A DNA stretch of 61,092 nt from Gemmatimonadota bacterium. GTDB taxonomy: Bacteria; Gemmatimonadota; Gemmatimonadetes; Gemmatimonadales; GWC2-71-9. Positions within the stretch are counted from its first letter, which is position 1. Each line of letters begins with the position of its first letter. The translations under genes were made by a program, and so were the position numbers. The notes under the pieces are model-generated. The model ran no database searches. It saw only the letters and a list, made by a program, of their open reading frames with translations, and was not told the DNA's origin. Positions 27,578 through 36,408 of this stretch are shown in pieces. Where the stretch lies: the NCBI GenBank assembly GCA_003246755.1, contig QKDC01000174.1, forward strand, positions 1 through 61,092, written 5' to 3'.

Positions 27578-30073
27578 CTACTCGTATCGCAGCGCCTGCA
27601 TCGGGTCGACCCTCGACGCCCGGCGTGCCGGTAGGTAGCCCGCTCCCAGGGTCACCCCGCCAACCAGAAGCACCACCCCAACCATCACCCAGGGATCGTT
27701 GGCCTCGAGCCCGAAGAGCAACGACCGCGTCACTCGCCCGAGGAGAAGTGCCGCACCAAGTCCGATCACGCCACCGACCACCGTCATCCGACCCACCTGA
27801 CCGAGTACCATCCCACGCACCTGACTCCCGTCGGCACCCAGGGCCATCCGGAGCCCAATCTCCCGGGTGCGTTGAGACACCGTGTAGGCGAGCACGCCGT
27901 ACAGGCCAATCGCTGCAAGCAGTGTGGCCAACACGGCGAACGCAGCCGACAACATGGCGATCATTCGGTCCAATACCACGTTTTCTTGGATCTGGCGCTC
28001 GACGGTCTTCAAGCCCTCGACTGGAAGATCGGGATCGAGGCCCTTGATCACCTGAGGAATGGCACGCATCACCTGTCGAGGGTCGTTCCTCGTCTTCACG
28101 TAGAAGTGAAGCGATCCCAGCGTACTGTCCTGCCGGTACGGCACGTAATACACCGGGGGGATTGGCATCTTTACTTCACTGTACTTGGCATCGCGGATCA
28201 CGCCGACGATCACTTTGTGCGCGCCGTTCGACCCGCGAGGCGCGATCCACTTCCCGACGGCATCGGCGGCGTCTAGCCCGAACTTCTCGGCGAAGGCCTC
28301 ATTGATGATCGCCACCTGATCCGCGCCAAGAGCATCTGCGGTGGTGAACTCTCGTCCGGCAAGGAGGGACACACCAAGCGTGCTGAAGTATCCCGGCCCC
28401 AGGAGGTTGAAACGCGAGTTGGCATCGGTATCAGGGCCACGCTCAAAGCCCTGCACCTGCACATCGTTCCCCCAGCTGTCGCCGGCCAAGAGCGGGACCA
28501 AGCTCGAACTGAGATTCTCGACCCCGGGAATGGCGCCGACCTCCTCCTCGATGCGCGCGAAGAGAATGCGACTCCGTTCCGGCTCGTACCCGCTCAGGTT
28601 GGGAGACACGCCGAAGGTGATGAGGTTCTCAGTCGTGAGGCCAAGATCGACGCGACTGACGTTCGCCAAGCTCTTCACGAAGAGTCCCGCCGCAACCAGG
28701 AGCGACATGGAGAGGGCGATCTGGGCGGTCACCAGCGAGGTCCTGAATCGCGCGGCACCCCGGGCACCAGACGGTTGTCCCGTCGCTCCCTTGAGCGCCG
28801 CCACCAAATCGGGGCGCGTTGCGCTCAGGGCCGGATAGAGCCCGAAGAGGAACCCGGTGCCGATCGAGAGCAGCGCAGCGACAACCACCATCCCCGGCCG
28901 GATCGCCAACACGATTTCCCCTTCGAGTTGCGGGGGAAGAAAGGACCCCAAGAACGCCATCGCCCATCGGGCGACGAGGACGCTCGCCAGCCCACCGAAG
29001 AGGGCCAGCAGCCACGACTCGGTGAGCAATTGCCCCACCAGTTGCCAGCGACTCGCGCCCAGCGATCCACGGACGGCCATTTCCTGGGCCCGATTCGCAC
29101 CACGTGCGAGTAGAAGATTGGCAATGTTCGCACAGGCGATGAGCAGAACGACGCCGGTGATTGCGAAGAGCATCTTCAAGGGTGTGCTCACCTCCGCGTG
29201 GAGAGTGCTCTGCCCCCGCCGGCCCTCCTCGACTGTCAGCTGTTTGGCTCGAAAACGCGCCATGGTCTGGTCGCTCATCCCTGTCTGGAGGGGGGCCTCG
29301 ACCTCGTTGATGATGCCACGGTAGACCGTGTTGATTGCGGTCCGGGCCTGTTCGAGACTCACGCCGGGGGCGCGGCGCCCGAACACGTACACCCAATACG
29401 CCCTCCGTTGGTCATACCCCGTCCAGGTCTTGAACATCAGGTTCCGGAGGGTGATGGGGAGGAAGACATCTGCCGATCGCCCGAGGGTCGTGCCTCCAAA
29501 TCCTTTAGCTGCCACTCCGATGATGGTCAGAGACTCACCGTTCACGACAATGGTCTGATTGAGCACGCCGGGATCAGCTCCCAAACGGCCCGACCAGTAC
29601 GCGTGACTCAGCACGGCAACTCGACCCTCTCCCCACACTTGATCGTCCTCCGGTCTGATCAAGCGGCCAAGCGCTGGGCGAACCCCCAGAACGGGAAAGT
29701 ACGACCCCGAGACCATCATCCCTCGGCCGTTGATGGTCGTACCGTCTTTCGCCAGGTTGGCCCCGAAGGCGAAATGGCCTGCCAGGGAGAGCCCCGTCTC
29801 CGCCCGCTCGAGGTCCACGAACATCGGGTGACTGAAGACCGTGTTGCAGTCGCCGGCCTGGCCACAGGATTGCGAACCCGGTTTGGGACCAGGGGCAGAC
29901 AGGTTCACGAGTGAGGCCGGATCGACAACGGGTAAGGGCCGTAAGAGCATCTGGTCGAACAGCGAGTAAATGGCCGCGTTCGCCCCTATGCCCAGAGCGA
30001 GGGATAGCACCGCGACCACCGTCACGAATGGGGACTTGGCAAGCATGCGGAGAGCGAGCTTCAGATTGGCCAT
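27578..30073 (-). CDS. MacB/FtsX-type duplicated ABC permease (ADOP-like)
   Basis: Start MANLKLALR. SLALGIGANAAI, LLIACANIANLLLAR, RTREIGLRMALGA, PARRASRVDPMQALRYE. Confidence 0.92.
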   Translation of the reverse strand: MANLKLALRMLAKSPFVTVVAVLSLALGIGANAAIYSLFDQMLLRPLPVVDPASLVNLSAPGPKPGSQSCGQAGDCNTVFSHPMFVDLERAETGLSLAGHFAFGANLAKDGTTINGRGMMVSGSYFPVLGVRPALGRLIRPEDDQVWGEGRVAVLSHAYWSGRLGADPGVLNQTIVVNGESLTIIGVAAKGFGGTTLGRSADVFLPITLRNLMFKTWTGYDQRRAYWVYVFGRRAPGVSLEQARTAINTVYRGIINEVEAPLQTGMSDQTMARFRAKQLTVEEGRRGQSTLHAEVSTPLKMLFAITGVVLLIACANIANLLLARGANRAQEMAVRGSLGASRWQLVGQLLTESWLLALFGGLASVLVARWAMAFLGSFLPPQLEGEIVLAIRPGMVVVAALLSIGTGFLFGLYPALSATRPDLVAALKGATGQPSGARGAARFRTSLVTAQIALSMSLLVAAGLFVKSLANVSRVDLGLTTENLITFGVSPNLSGYEPERSRILFARIEEEVGAIPGVENLSSSLVPLLAGDSWGNDVQVQGFERGPDTDANSRFNLLGPGYFSTLGVSLLAGREFTTADALGADQVAIINEAFAEKFGLDAADAVGKWIAPRGSNGAHKVIVGVIRDAKYSEVKMPIPPVYYVPYRQDSTLGSLHFYVKTRNDPRQVMRAIPQVIKGLDPDLPVEGLKTVERQIQENVVLDRMIAMLSAAFAVLATLLAAIGLYGVLAYTVSQRTREIGLRMALGADGSQVRGMVLGQVGRMTVVGGVIGLGAALLLGRVTRSLLFGLEANDPWVMVGVVLLVGGVTLGAGYLPARRASRVDPMQALRYE

Positions 30074-30127
30074 TCGGACGTTCCGTTGGGGTATCTGTGG
30101 GATAGACACCGTCAAGAGGCGGAACGT

Positions 30128-30156
30128 TGCAACTGTTTCCGGTGTTCGAACGTCTA
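30128..30156 (+). promoter_or_regulatory. Putative ECF-sigma promoter
   Basis: TGCAAC-N17-CGTC(TA), resembling the generic AAC...CGT ECF consensus, upstream of SD AGGAG. Confidence 0.4.
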
Positions 30157-30186
30157 CCTTATAGCCCCGCCCCCCAGGAGATATGT

Positions 30187-31497
30187 GTGCCCATGCGAGC
30201 TGCCAGCCTCAGGGCGTTTGTTGCCCTCTCGATCATGATCGGCTTGCCGAGTGTGAGTCTAGCCCAGGAGCAGGCGTCACGTGATGACCTCACGCGACGG
30301 GTCGATGACTACCTCACCCCCTATGCCGAGACGGGGTGGCTCTCCGGGACCGTTCTGGTCGCCCGCGGTGACTCCGTCATCTATCTCCGGTCATTCGGCA
30401 TGGCCAACCATGAACTCAGTGTCCCCTTTACGCCAGGCACGCCGTCGAACGTCGCGTCGATTACGAAGCCAATGACGATCGTTCTCACGGCTCGGCTGGC
30501 CGAGGAGGGCAAACTCCGTGTGAGTGACACCCTGTCACGCTGGATCCCCGACTTCCCCCGTGGAGACGACATCACCATCGCGCACTTACTCAACCACCGG
30601 GCAGGTATCCCGCACCGGGTGACCGAGTCGAGTGACGAAGCAGTTCCGCATACAGCGTCGGAGATGGTCGCCTTCGCTCGGAACCATGACCTCCTCTTCG
30701 AGCCCGGAACCGCAAGTTCCTACAGCTCTGCCGGGTATTCGGTCCTTGCCCGAGTGCTCGAGTTGGCGGGGGGGAAGCCGTACGGAGAACTCCTTCAGAC
30801 CTACCTCTTCGAGCCTGCCGGGATGAGTGCTTCGGCACACGCCGATTCGCGGATGCTCCTCGCAGGGCGAGCCAGCCCCTATCTGTTCGGTCGTGATGGA
30901 CTCATCAACGCGCCATTCCAGGACTTGTCGTTCCTGGTGGGGGCTGGGTCGGTCTTCGCAACCGCGAGCGACCTGTTTCGGATGCAGCGTGCGCTGATCG
31001 CGGGGAGGTTGGGAGAGGGGGCTCGTACGGCGCTGCTACGCCAAGGAGGTCTGGCCTGGAATGGCTCGACGGGCGGCTACCGTGCGTGGGCCGACTGGCA
31101 CCGTGATACCAACGTAACGGTCATTCTGACGGCCAACATGCAATCCGGTGCTAACGACCTCATCCGGACCGACCTGCCGCGTGTGATTGCCGGGGAGGAG
31201 AGCCCGACGCCGAGGATCCCGACATTCGTGGCGGTGGACGTCCCCGTGACCGTTCTCCGTCGATACGAGGGGGTCTACGAATTGCGACCCGGCGCACCAA
31301 TGCCCGTACACGTTGGGGACGGGGGCCTCTACGTCGATCAGTGGTTCCTGATCCCGACGTCCGACACGACGTTCTTCTCCCCTCAGGACTTCGGGACGGT
31401 CACGGCCCGGTTTGGGGAGGACGGGCAGATCACCCACTTCGATTGGGCATTGTCAGCGGGGACCTATCCCATGCGCCGAACCTCGGCCCTACCCTGA
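30187..31497 (+). CDS. Serine hydrolase, beta-lactamase/AmpC-related, secreted
   Basis: SxxK (ASITK), LLNHRAGI, FEPG...YSSAGY, GAGSVFATASDL. Start is GTG 30187 or ATG 30193. Confidence 0.88.
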   Translation: MPMRAASLRAFVALSIMIGLPSVSLAQEQASRDDLTRRVDDYLTPYAETGWLSGTVLVARGDSVIYLRSFGMANHELSVPFTPGTPSNVASITKPMTIVLTARLAEEGKLRVSDTLSRWIPDFPRGDDITIAHLLNHRAGIPHRVTESSDEAVPHTASEMVAFARNHDLLFEPGTASSYSSAGYSVLARVLELAGGKPYGELLQTYLFEPAGMSASAHADSRMLLAGRASPYLFGRDGLINAPFQDLSFLVGAGSVFATASDLFRMQRALIAGRLGEGARTALLRQGGLAWNGSTGGYRAWADWHRDTNVTVILTANMQSGANDLIRTDLPRVIAGEESPTPRIPTFVAVDVPVTVLRRYEGVYELRPGAPMPVHVGDGGLYVDQWFLIPTSDTTFFSPQDFGTVTARFGEDGQITHFDWALSAGTYPMRRTSALP

Positions 31498-31578
31498 GAC
31501 CCTTGTCTTCTTCAGCATCCGAAGGCAGAGTATGGGAGGTAACCTCACTCTAGCGCACCCTATTCACGAGCTTTCTCC

Positions 31579-32124
31579 ATGTTCACATCGTTCCGATTTC
31601 CGATCGCTCTCATCGCCATCACCACGCTCGGAGCACCGCTCCATGCCCAGTCCATGGATCACGGCGACGGCCATCCCGCAGCAGGAGCCCTCGAGATGCT
31701 CTGGAGCGGTATGACCGGATACATCACGCAGGTCGCCGAGGAAACCGCCGAAGCCGACTATGCGTGGCGACCGACGGAGGGAGTGCGAAGCATCGGTGAA
31801 ATGATCGGCCACATCGCTGGGGCTCAGTACCTGATATGCGCCGCCGCGCTGGGCGATCCTCCGCGGGATGAGGACGCGGTCGAGCGAAGCGCCAAGACCA
31901 AGGCGGCGCTCGTCGAGGCTCTCAAGGCCTCGACCGAGTACTGTGCGCGTGCCTACCGGCAATCCGACGAGGCATTGCGAGGCGAGACGACCCTCTTCGG
32001 CCAGAAGGGATCACGGTATTACGCACTGGGGATGAACGCGACCCACAACGGGGAGCACTACGGCAACCTGGTCACCTACCTTCGGTTGCGGGGTGTCGTC
32101 CCGCCATCCAGCAGGAGACCGTAG
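31579..32124 (+). CDS. Secreted DinB/YfiT-family protein
   Basis: WRPTEGVRSIGEMIGHIA, HNGEHYGNLVTYLRLRGVVPPSS (His triad). Confidence 0.88.
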   Translation: MFTSFRFPIALIAITTLGAPLHAQSMDHGDGHPAAGALEMLWSGMTGYITQVAEETAEADYAWRPTEGVRSIGEMIGHIAGAQYLICAAALGDPPRDEDAVERSAKTKAALVEALKASTEYCARAYRQSDEALRGETTLFGQKGSRYYALGMNATHNGEHYGNLVTYLRLRGVVPPSSRRP

Positions 32125-32141
32125 TCCCACTGGGAGGCCAC

Positions 32142-33629
32142 GTGTCCATCGCGCGACGCTCCAGGAAAGGCTTGGGCCGGCTGCCACTAGCCGTCCTCGC
32201 GTGTCTTCCGTTCCTTGGGCCGGTCGCCACCGCTCAGCAACCCTCCTTCCCTACACTGCCGGCCGACCTGGCAGTCGGTGATGGCAGGATAGAGTCGTGC
32301 CTGGACCATCTTGAGGGCGAGGTCCTGTGTGGACGGTTTCGGGTGTATGAGAACCGGGACACTCGAACCGGCCGCACCATCGATCTGGCGTTCGTGGTTC
32401 TCAAGGCCATGCACGACCGCGGGCACACCGACGCCTTCACCCAGTTCAATGGGGGACCGGGCGGAGCCACTACCCCTTCAGCGTCCTCCGGCAACCGGCT
32501 CTGGGCCGGCATCCGTGCGGAGCGAGATGTCCTCCTCGTTGATCACCGCGGGACAGGCAACTCATCCCCCCTGATGTGCGACAACCCGTTCCCCCGTGGT
32601 ATCCCATCGCGTTTCGAGACGGTCTTTCCCCTGGACCATGCGGAGGCGTGCCGGGACATGCTCTCGAGGCGGGCGGACCTCTCGCAGTACACCACGATCA
32701 ACGCGATGGACGATCTGGCTGAACTCACCGAATGGCTCGGCTACGACCAACTCAATCTGAGCGGTGGTTCGTACGGCACACGCGAGGTTCAGATCTTCAC
32801 CAGGCGTCACCCGGAGCTGGTTCGGACGGTCATCATGAACGGTGTCGCTCCCGTACACGAATGGGTCTACCTCCATCACGCTCGTGGACTGCAAAGCGCC
32901 CTCGACAACCTGCTCGCCGAGTGCCGGGCACAGGCAGACTGCCGTGCAGCCTATCCGGACCTCCCCACGGTGTTGCAGGAGGTTCTCTCCACCGCGACGA
33001 GCGACCCGCCGAATGTCGTGGTCCAGAACACACCGGTTGCTTTCGGGATTGGTCCGTTGTCGTACGCGCTGCGTGGATTGCTCTACGGGCGATCGGGTTC
33101 GGTGCCTGCCCGCCTCCAGGAGGCGCACGGCGGCAACTGGCAACCGCTCGCGGAGTACTACTTCTCGCGCCAGGCCTGGGTCGGGGGAGACGGCGGCACG
33201 CCTGCCGGATACCACTTTTCCGTGCTCTGTTCCGAGGATATCGATCCGCTGACGTGGGATGGCATTGCGCGCGAAACAACCGGTACGTTCATGGGAGACT
33301 TTCTCATCGCCGCCTACAAGAGAGTCTGTGAGCGCTGGCCATCGGCCAAGCTCCCCGAGAGTTACTTCCGCGCTGTCCGTTCAGACAGGCCGGCGCTTTT
33401 CTTGTCCGGCGACAGGGATCCCGTCACACCGGTGGGAGGGGGAAATGCGGTCGCGGCTGGATGGCCAAACAGTCGACACGTCGTGGTCCCCGGTGGCGGG
33501 CACGGTCAGGGAGGACCTTGCATCACCCAAATGATTCTCGAGCTGGTTGAGACGGCTTCCGTCGAGGGGATCGACGTGAGTTGTGTCCAAAGTACTCCAC
33601 CTACAACGTTCGAAATGCCCCGACACTAG
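32142..33629 (+). CDS. Secreted alpha/beta hydrolase (tripeptidyl-aminopeptidase-like)
   Basis: NGGPGG, DHRGTG, nucleophile GGSYG, GDRDPVTP, GGHG. Confidence 0.88.
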   Translation: MSIARRSRKGLGRLPLAVLACLPFLGPVATAQQPSFPTLPADLAVGDGRIESCLDHLEGEVLCGRFRVYENRDTRTGRTIDLAFVVLKAMHDRGHTDAFTQFNGGPGGATTPSASSGNRLWAGIRAERDVLLVDHRGTGNSSPLMCDNPFPRGIPSRFETVFPLDHAEACRDMLSRRADLSQYTTINAMDDLAELTEWLGYDQLNLSGGSYGTREVQIFTRRHPELVRTVIMNGVAPVHEWVYLHHARGLQSALDNLLAECRAQADCRAAYPDLPTVLQEVLSTATSDPPNVVVQNTPVAFGIGPLSYALRGLLYGRSGSVPARLQEAHGGNWQPLAEYYFSRQAWVGGDGGTPAGYHFSVLCSEDIDPLTWDGIARETTGTFMGDFLIAAYKRVCERWPSAKLPESYFRAVRSDRPALFLSGDRDPVTPVGGGNAVAAGWPNSRHVVVPGGGHGQGGPCITQMILELVETASVEGIDVSCVQSTPPTTFEMPRH

Positions 33630-36310
33630 GGCTTCGCCACCCGCTCCCGTAATTCGGTAAACCAGTTGTCCACCACGATGAGCTTGCTCCCCGCCGAGGT
33701 CCGACCGAGCAGGTTCATCACGAACCGCTCACCATCAGCCGTCACGTCATACTCCCGGTAGTCGGCCTCGAGGGCAAAACCGGTGACCGGGAATAGCCGC
33801 GTCAGCTGCCCGACCGCGAACGTCGCCCCCGAAGAGACGTCCGCCTTGACGAGGTATCCCTGGCTCTTGAAGAACAACTCCCGTCCGTCGCGGGACCAGA
33901 GCGGTTCAATCCCTCCTCCGTTGGAGACCTGCCAACGCGCACGCTCAGACGGAAACGGTCGGACGTACACTTCAGAGGTTCCGGACTCGTTGGAGACGTA
34001 GGCGAGCCAGCGGCCATCCGGGGACAAGGCAGGGGCAAACTCGCTGGCAGGACCGACCACCACCGGAACGTCGGTCGTATCACCTACGCGTCTGGCCAGG
34101 ATGTCGCCACCAACGGCCCCGCCAGTGCGAAATACCAGCCACTGTCCATCGGGAGAATAGAACGCCGTGCGAATCGGCTGCTCGCGGTCCAAGAGCAGTT
34201 CATCTGCCGTGCTTCCGTCGGCTCGACGTGTGTAGACATCGACGCTCTCGCCGCGATTGGACAAGAACAGAATACTCTGTCCATCAGGGGTCCAACTCGG
34301 CCGTCCGTTGAACGTCCCCTCGAAGGTCATCTTGGTGAACGGTCCGTTGTCCAACTGTTTGATCCAGACGTGGGTGCCGTTCTCTACCACCTCGAGTGCA
34401 AGCCGAGTCCCGTCTGGGGACAACGCGCCGGGGCCAAAGTTCCCGGTCCAAGATGTATCCACCGGGACCGTCGCCCCCGAACGACTCCGCCATACGATTT
34501 GCTCGGGATCCTCCGCCACATCCCCCGCCTGGTACATCAAGGTCCCCGAAGCCGACAGGGTAAGGTCGGTGCTTCCAAGGGCTTCCAGCGCGACTCCCTC
34601 GAGGAGGGGGGTTGCAGGACCGGTCAGCGCTAGTTTGTCTGGGTCGAACGGTGCGGCGACCACCGAGCCGTCCCGCCGAACGACAATGAGGTGTCCGGTA
34701 GGGGACCATCGGGCATAGGTCCCTGGAAGCAGTACCCGGTGTTCATGGGTTTCGAGATCGACCACCGCAATCTGGGATGTCTCCACATCATAGAGGCGGT
34801 CTTGCAACGTGAACACGACACCCCTGCCACCGGGTAGGATGTCGGGGAAGGTGTGTCCTGCCCCCGCGGTTGCGGTGTCGATCCTGGTCACCACCTCGAT
34901 GGGTCCACCGGTGGCCGGGATGCGCGACAATCCAGCGGGGACGCCCTGTCCCTCCGAGGCCGCGGCGACGAAGTAGATGTAGCCATCGCTTCCCCACGCT
35001 CCGCCGCCCCGGACGGCCCCAGAATCCACGAGGGTGATCGGAGGTTCGCCTGTCAGCGACACGATGCGCAGGGCCCGGCTGCCCGTGATGAATCCAACGC
35101 GCTCGCCGTCCGGTGAGAAGAAGATCTGATGGGCCCCTTCGCCACCTGGTATTGGTTGCGCAACCAGACGGTTGCGCTCCAGGAGCCAGAGTTGCACACC
35201 GTTGTCGCCCGCGCCGGTGTAGACCAGCCGTCGTCCGTCGGGTGAGAGCGCGATGTTGCTGCCGAAATTGGTGACCAGCCCATCTTCCAGGTTGGGGACA
35301 GACAGTTCGTAACGAACCGCCGGCAGGGTCACCGCCGGGGCCGGGCGGACGAGCGCCCATGCCGCGAGCGCGCCGAAAGCGATCGTCGTCACTCCCAGGA
35401 CCGGCACGAGCTTGGAGGAGCGCACGCCCTCCACTCCAGCCTTCGCGGAGGCCATGTCGGTCGTCGCGAACGCAAACCCGGGATTCGTCAGGGCATCCGC
35501 GAAAGCCGCGGCCGTGCCGAACCGGTCGGCCGGCATCTTGGAAAGCGCCTTCGCAATGGCTGCGTTGACGTGACCGGGAACGGTGTCCCGCGTGGCGGTT
35601 ACCGGCGGCGCCTTCTCCGTGATCACCTTCGCCACGATCGCCTGCGCGGTGCTCCCCGTGTATGGTGGGTCGCCAGCGAGCATCTCGTACAGCACCGCCC
35701 CCAGGGAATACACGTCGGCGCGGGCATCGAGTGTGCGGTCACCCATGGCCTGCTCGGGTGACATGTAGTGTGGCGTGCCGATCGACAGACCGGTTTCCGT
35801 GAGCCGCTGGCCACTCGCCTCGGAGACGGCGAGCGCAATCCCAAAGTCGGCCACCATGGCCTGACCATCGTGCAGCAGAATGTTCTCGGGTTTGATGTCT
35901 CGGTGAATCACACCCTGCCGGTGGGCATAGTCCAGGGCAGATGCGATCGAACGCGTAATCTCGATCGCATTCTCAATCGACAGCTGACGCTCGCGATTGA
36001 GCTTGTCTCGTAAGGTGTCGCCTTCGATGTACGGCATGACGTAGTACAGGAAGCCGTCGGCATCGCCGGAGTCGTGCAGCGGGAGGATGTGGGGGTGCTG
36101 CAGGTTCGCCGTAACCTTGATTTCGTGCAAAAACCGTTCGGCGCCGATGATGGCCGCCAGCTCGGGCCGCAACACCTTGAGCGCGACATGCCGGTCGTGC
36201 CGGAGGTCATGCGCCAGATAGACGGTCGCCATCCCGCCTTCGCCGAGGTGACGTTCGATCCGATAACGATCGGCCAGGGCGGTCGAGATCTTCGTGGTTA
36301 TCTCGGTCAT
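33626..36310 (-). CDS. Ser/Thr kinase with TM helix and PD40 beta-propellers
   Basis: Start moved to MTEITTKIS by comparison with the paralogue at 16475-19180. Intact kinase motifs and SPDG repeats. Confidence 0.93.
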   Translation of the reverse strand: MTEITTKISTALADRYRIERHLGEGGMATVYLAHDLRHDRHVALKVLRPELAAIIGAERFLHEIKVTANLQHPHILPLHDSGDADGFLYYVMPYIEGDTLRDKLNRERQLSIENAIEITRSIASALDYAHRQGVIHRDIKPENILLHDGQAMVADFGIALAVSEASGQRLTETGLSIGTPHYMSPEQAMGDRTLDARADVYSLGAVLYEMLAGDPPYTGSTAQAIVAKVITEKAPPVTATRDTVPGHVNAAIAKALSKMPADRFGTAAAFADALTNPGFAFATTDMASAKAGVEGVRSSKLVPVLGVTTIAFGALAAWALVRPAPAVTLPAVRYELSVPNLEDGLVTNFGSNIALSPDGRRLVYTGAGDNGVQLWLLERNRLVAQPIPGGEGAHQIFFSPDGERVGFITGSRALRIVSLTGEPPITLVDSGAVRGGGAWGSDGYIYFVAAASEGQGVPAGLSRIPATGGPIEVVTRIDTATAGAGHTFPDILPGGRGVVFTLQDRLYDVETSQIAVVDLETHEHRVLLPGTYARWSPTGHLIVVRRDGSVVAAPFDPDKLALTGPATPLLEGVALEALGSTDLTLSASGTLMYQAGDVAEDPEQIVWRSRSGATVPVDTSWTGNFGPGALSPDGTRLALEVVENGTHVWIKQLDNGPFTKMTFEGTFNGRPSWTPDGQSILFLSNRGESVDVYTRRADGSTADELLLDREQPIRTAFYSPDGQWLVFRTGGAVGGDILARRVGDTTDVPVVVGPASEFAPALSPDGRWLAYVSNESGTSEVYVRPFPSERARWQVSNGGGIEPLWSRDGRELFFKSQGYLVKADVSSGATFAVGQLTRLFPVTGFALEADYREYDVTADGERFVMNLLGRTSAGSKLIVVDNWFTELRERVAKP

Positions 36311-36408
36311 GGACACGCTAAGATACGGTGTGGCACCCGAACACGCGAGGCTGGCGCGGACCCCGACCCCTGCGCCACATTCCGGCGACCCCCCACCGGA
36401 AGGTCCGC

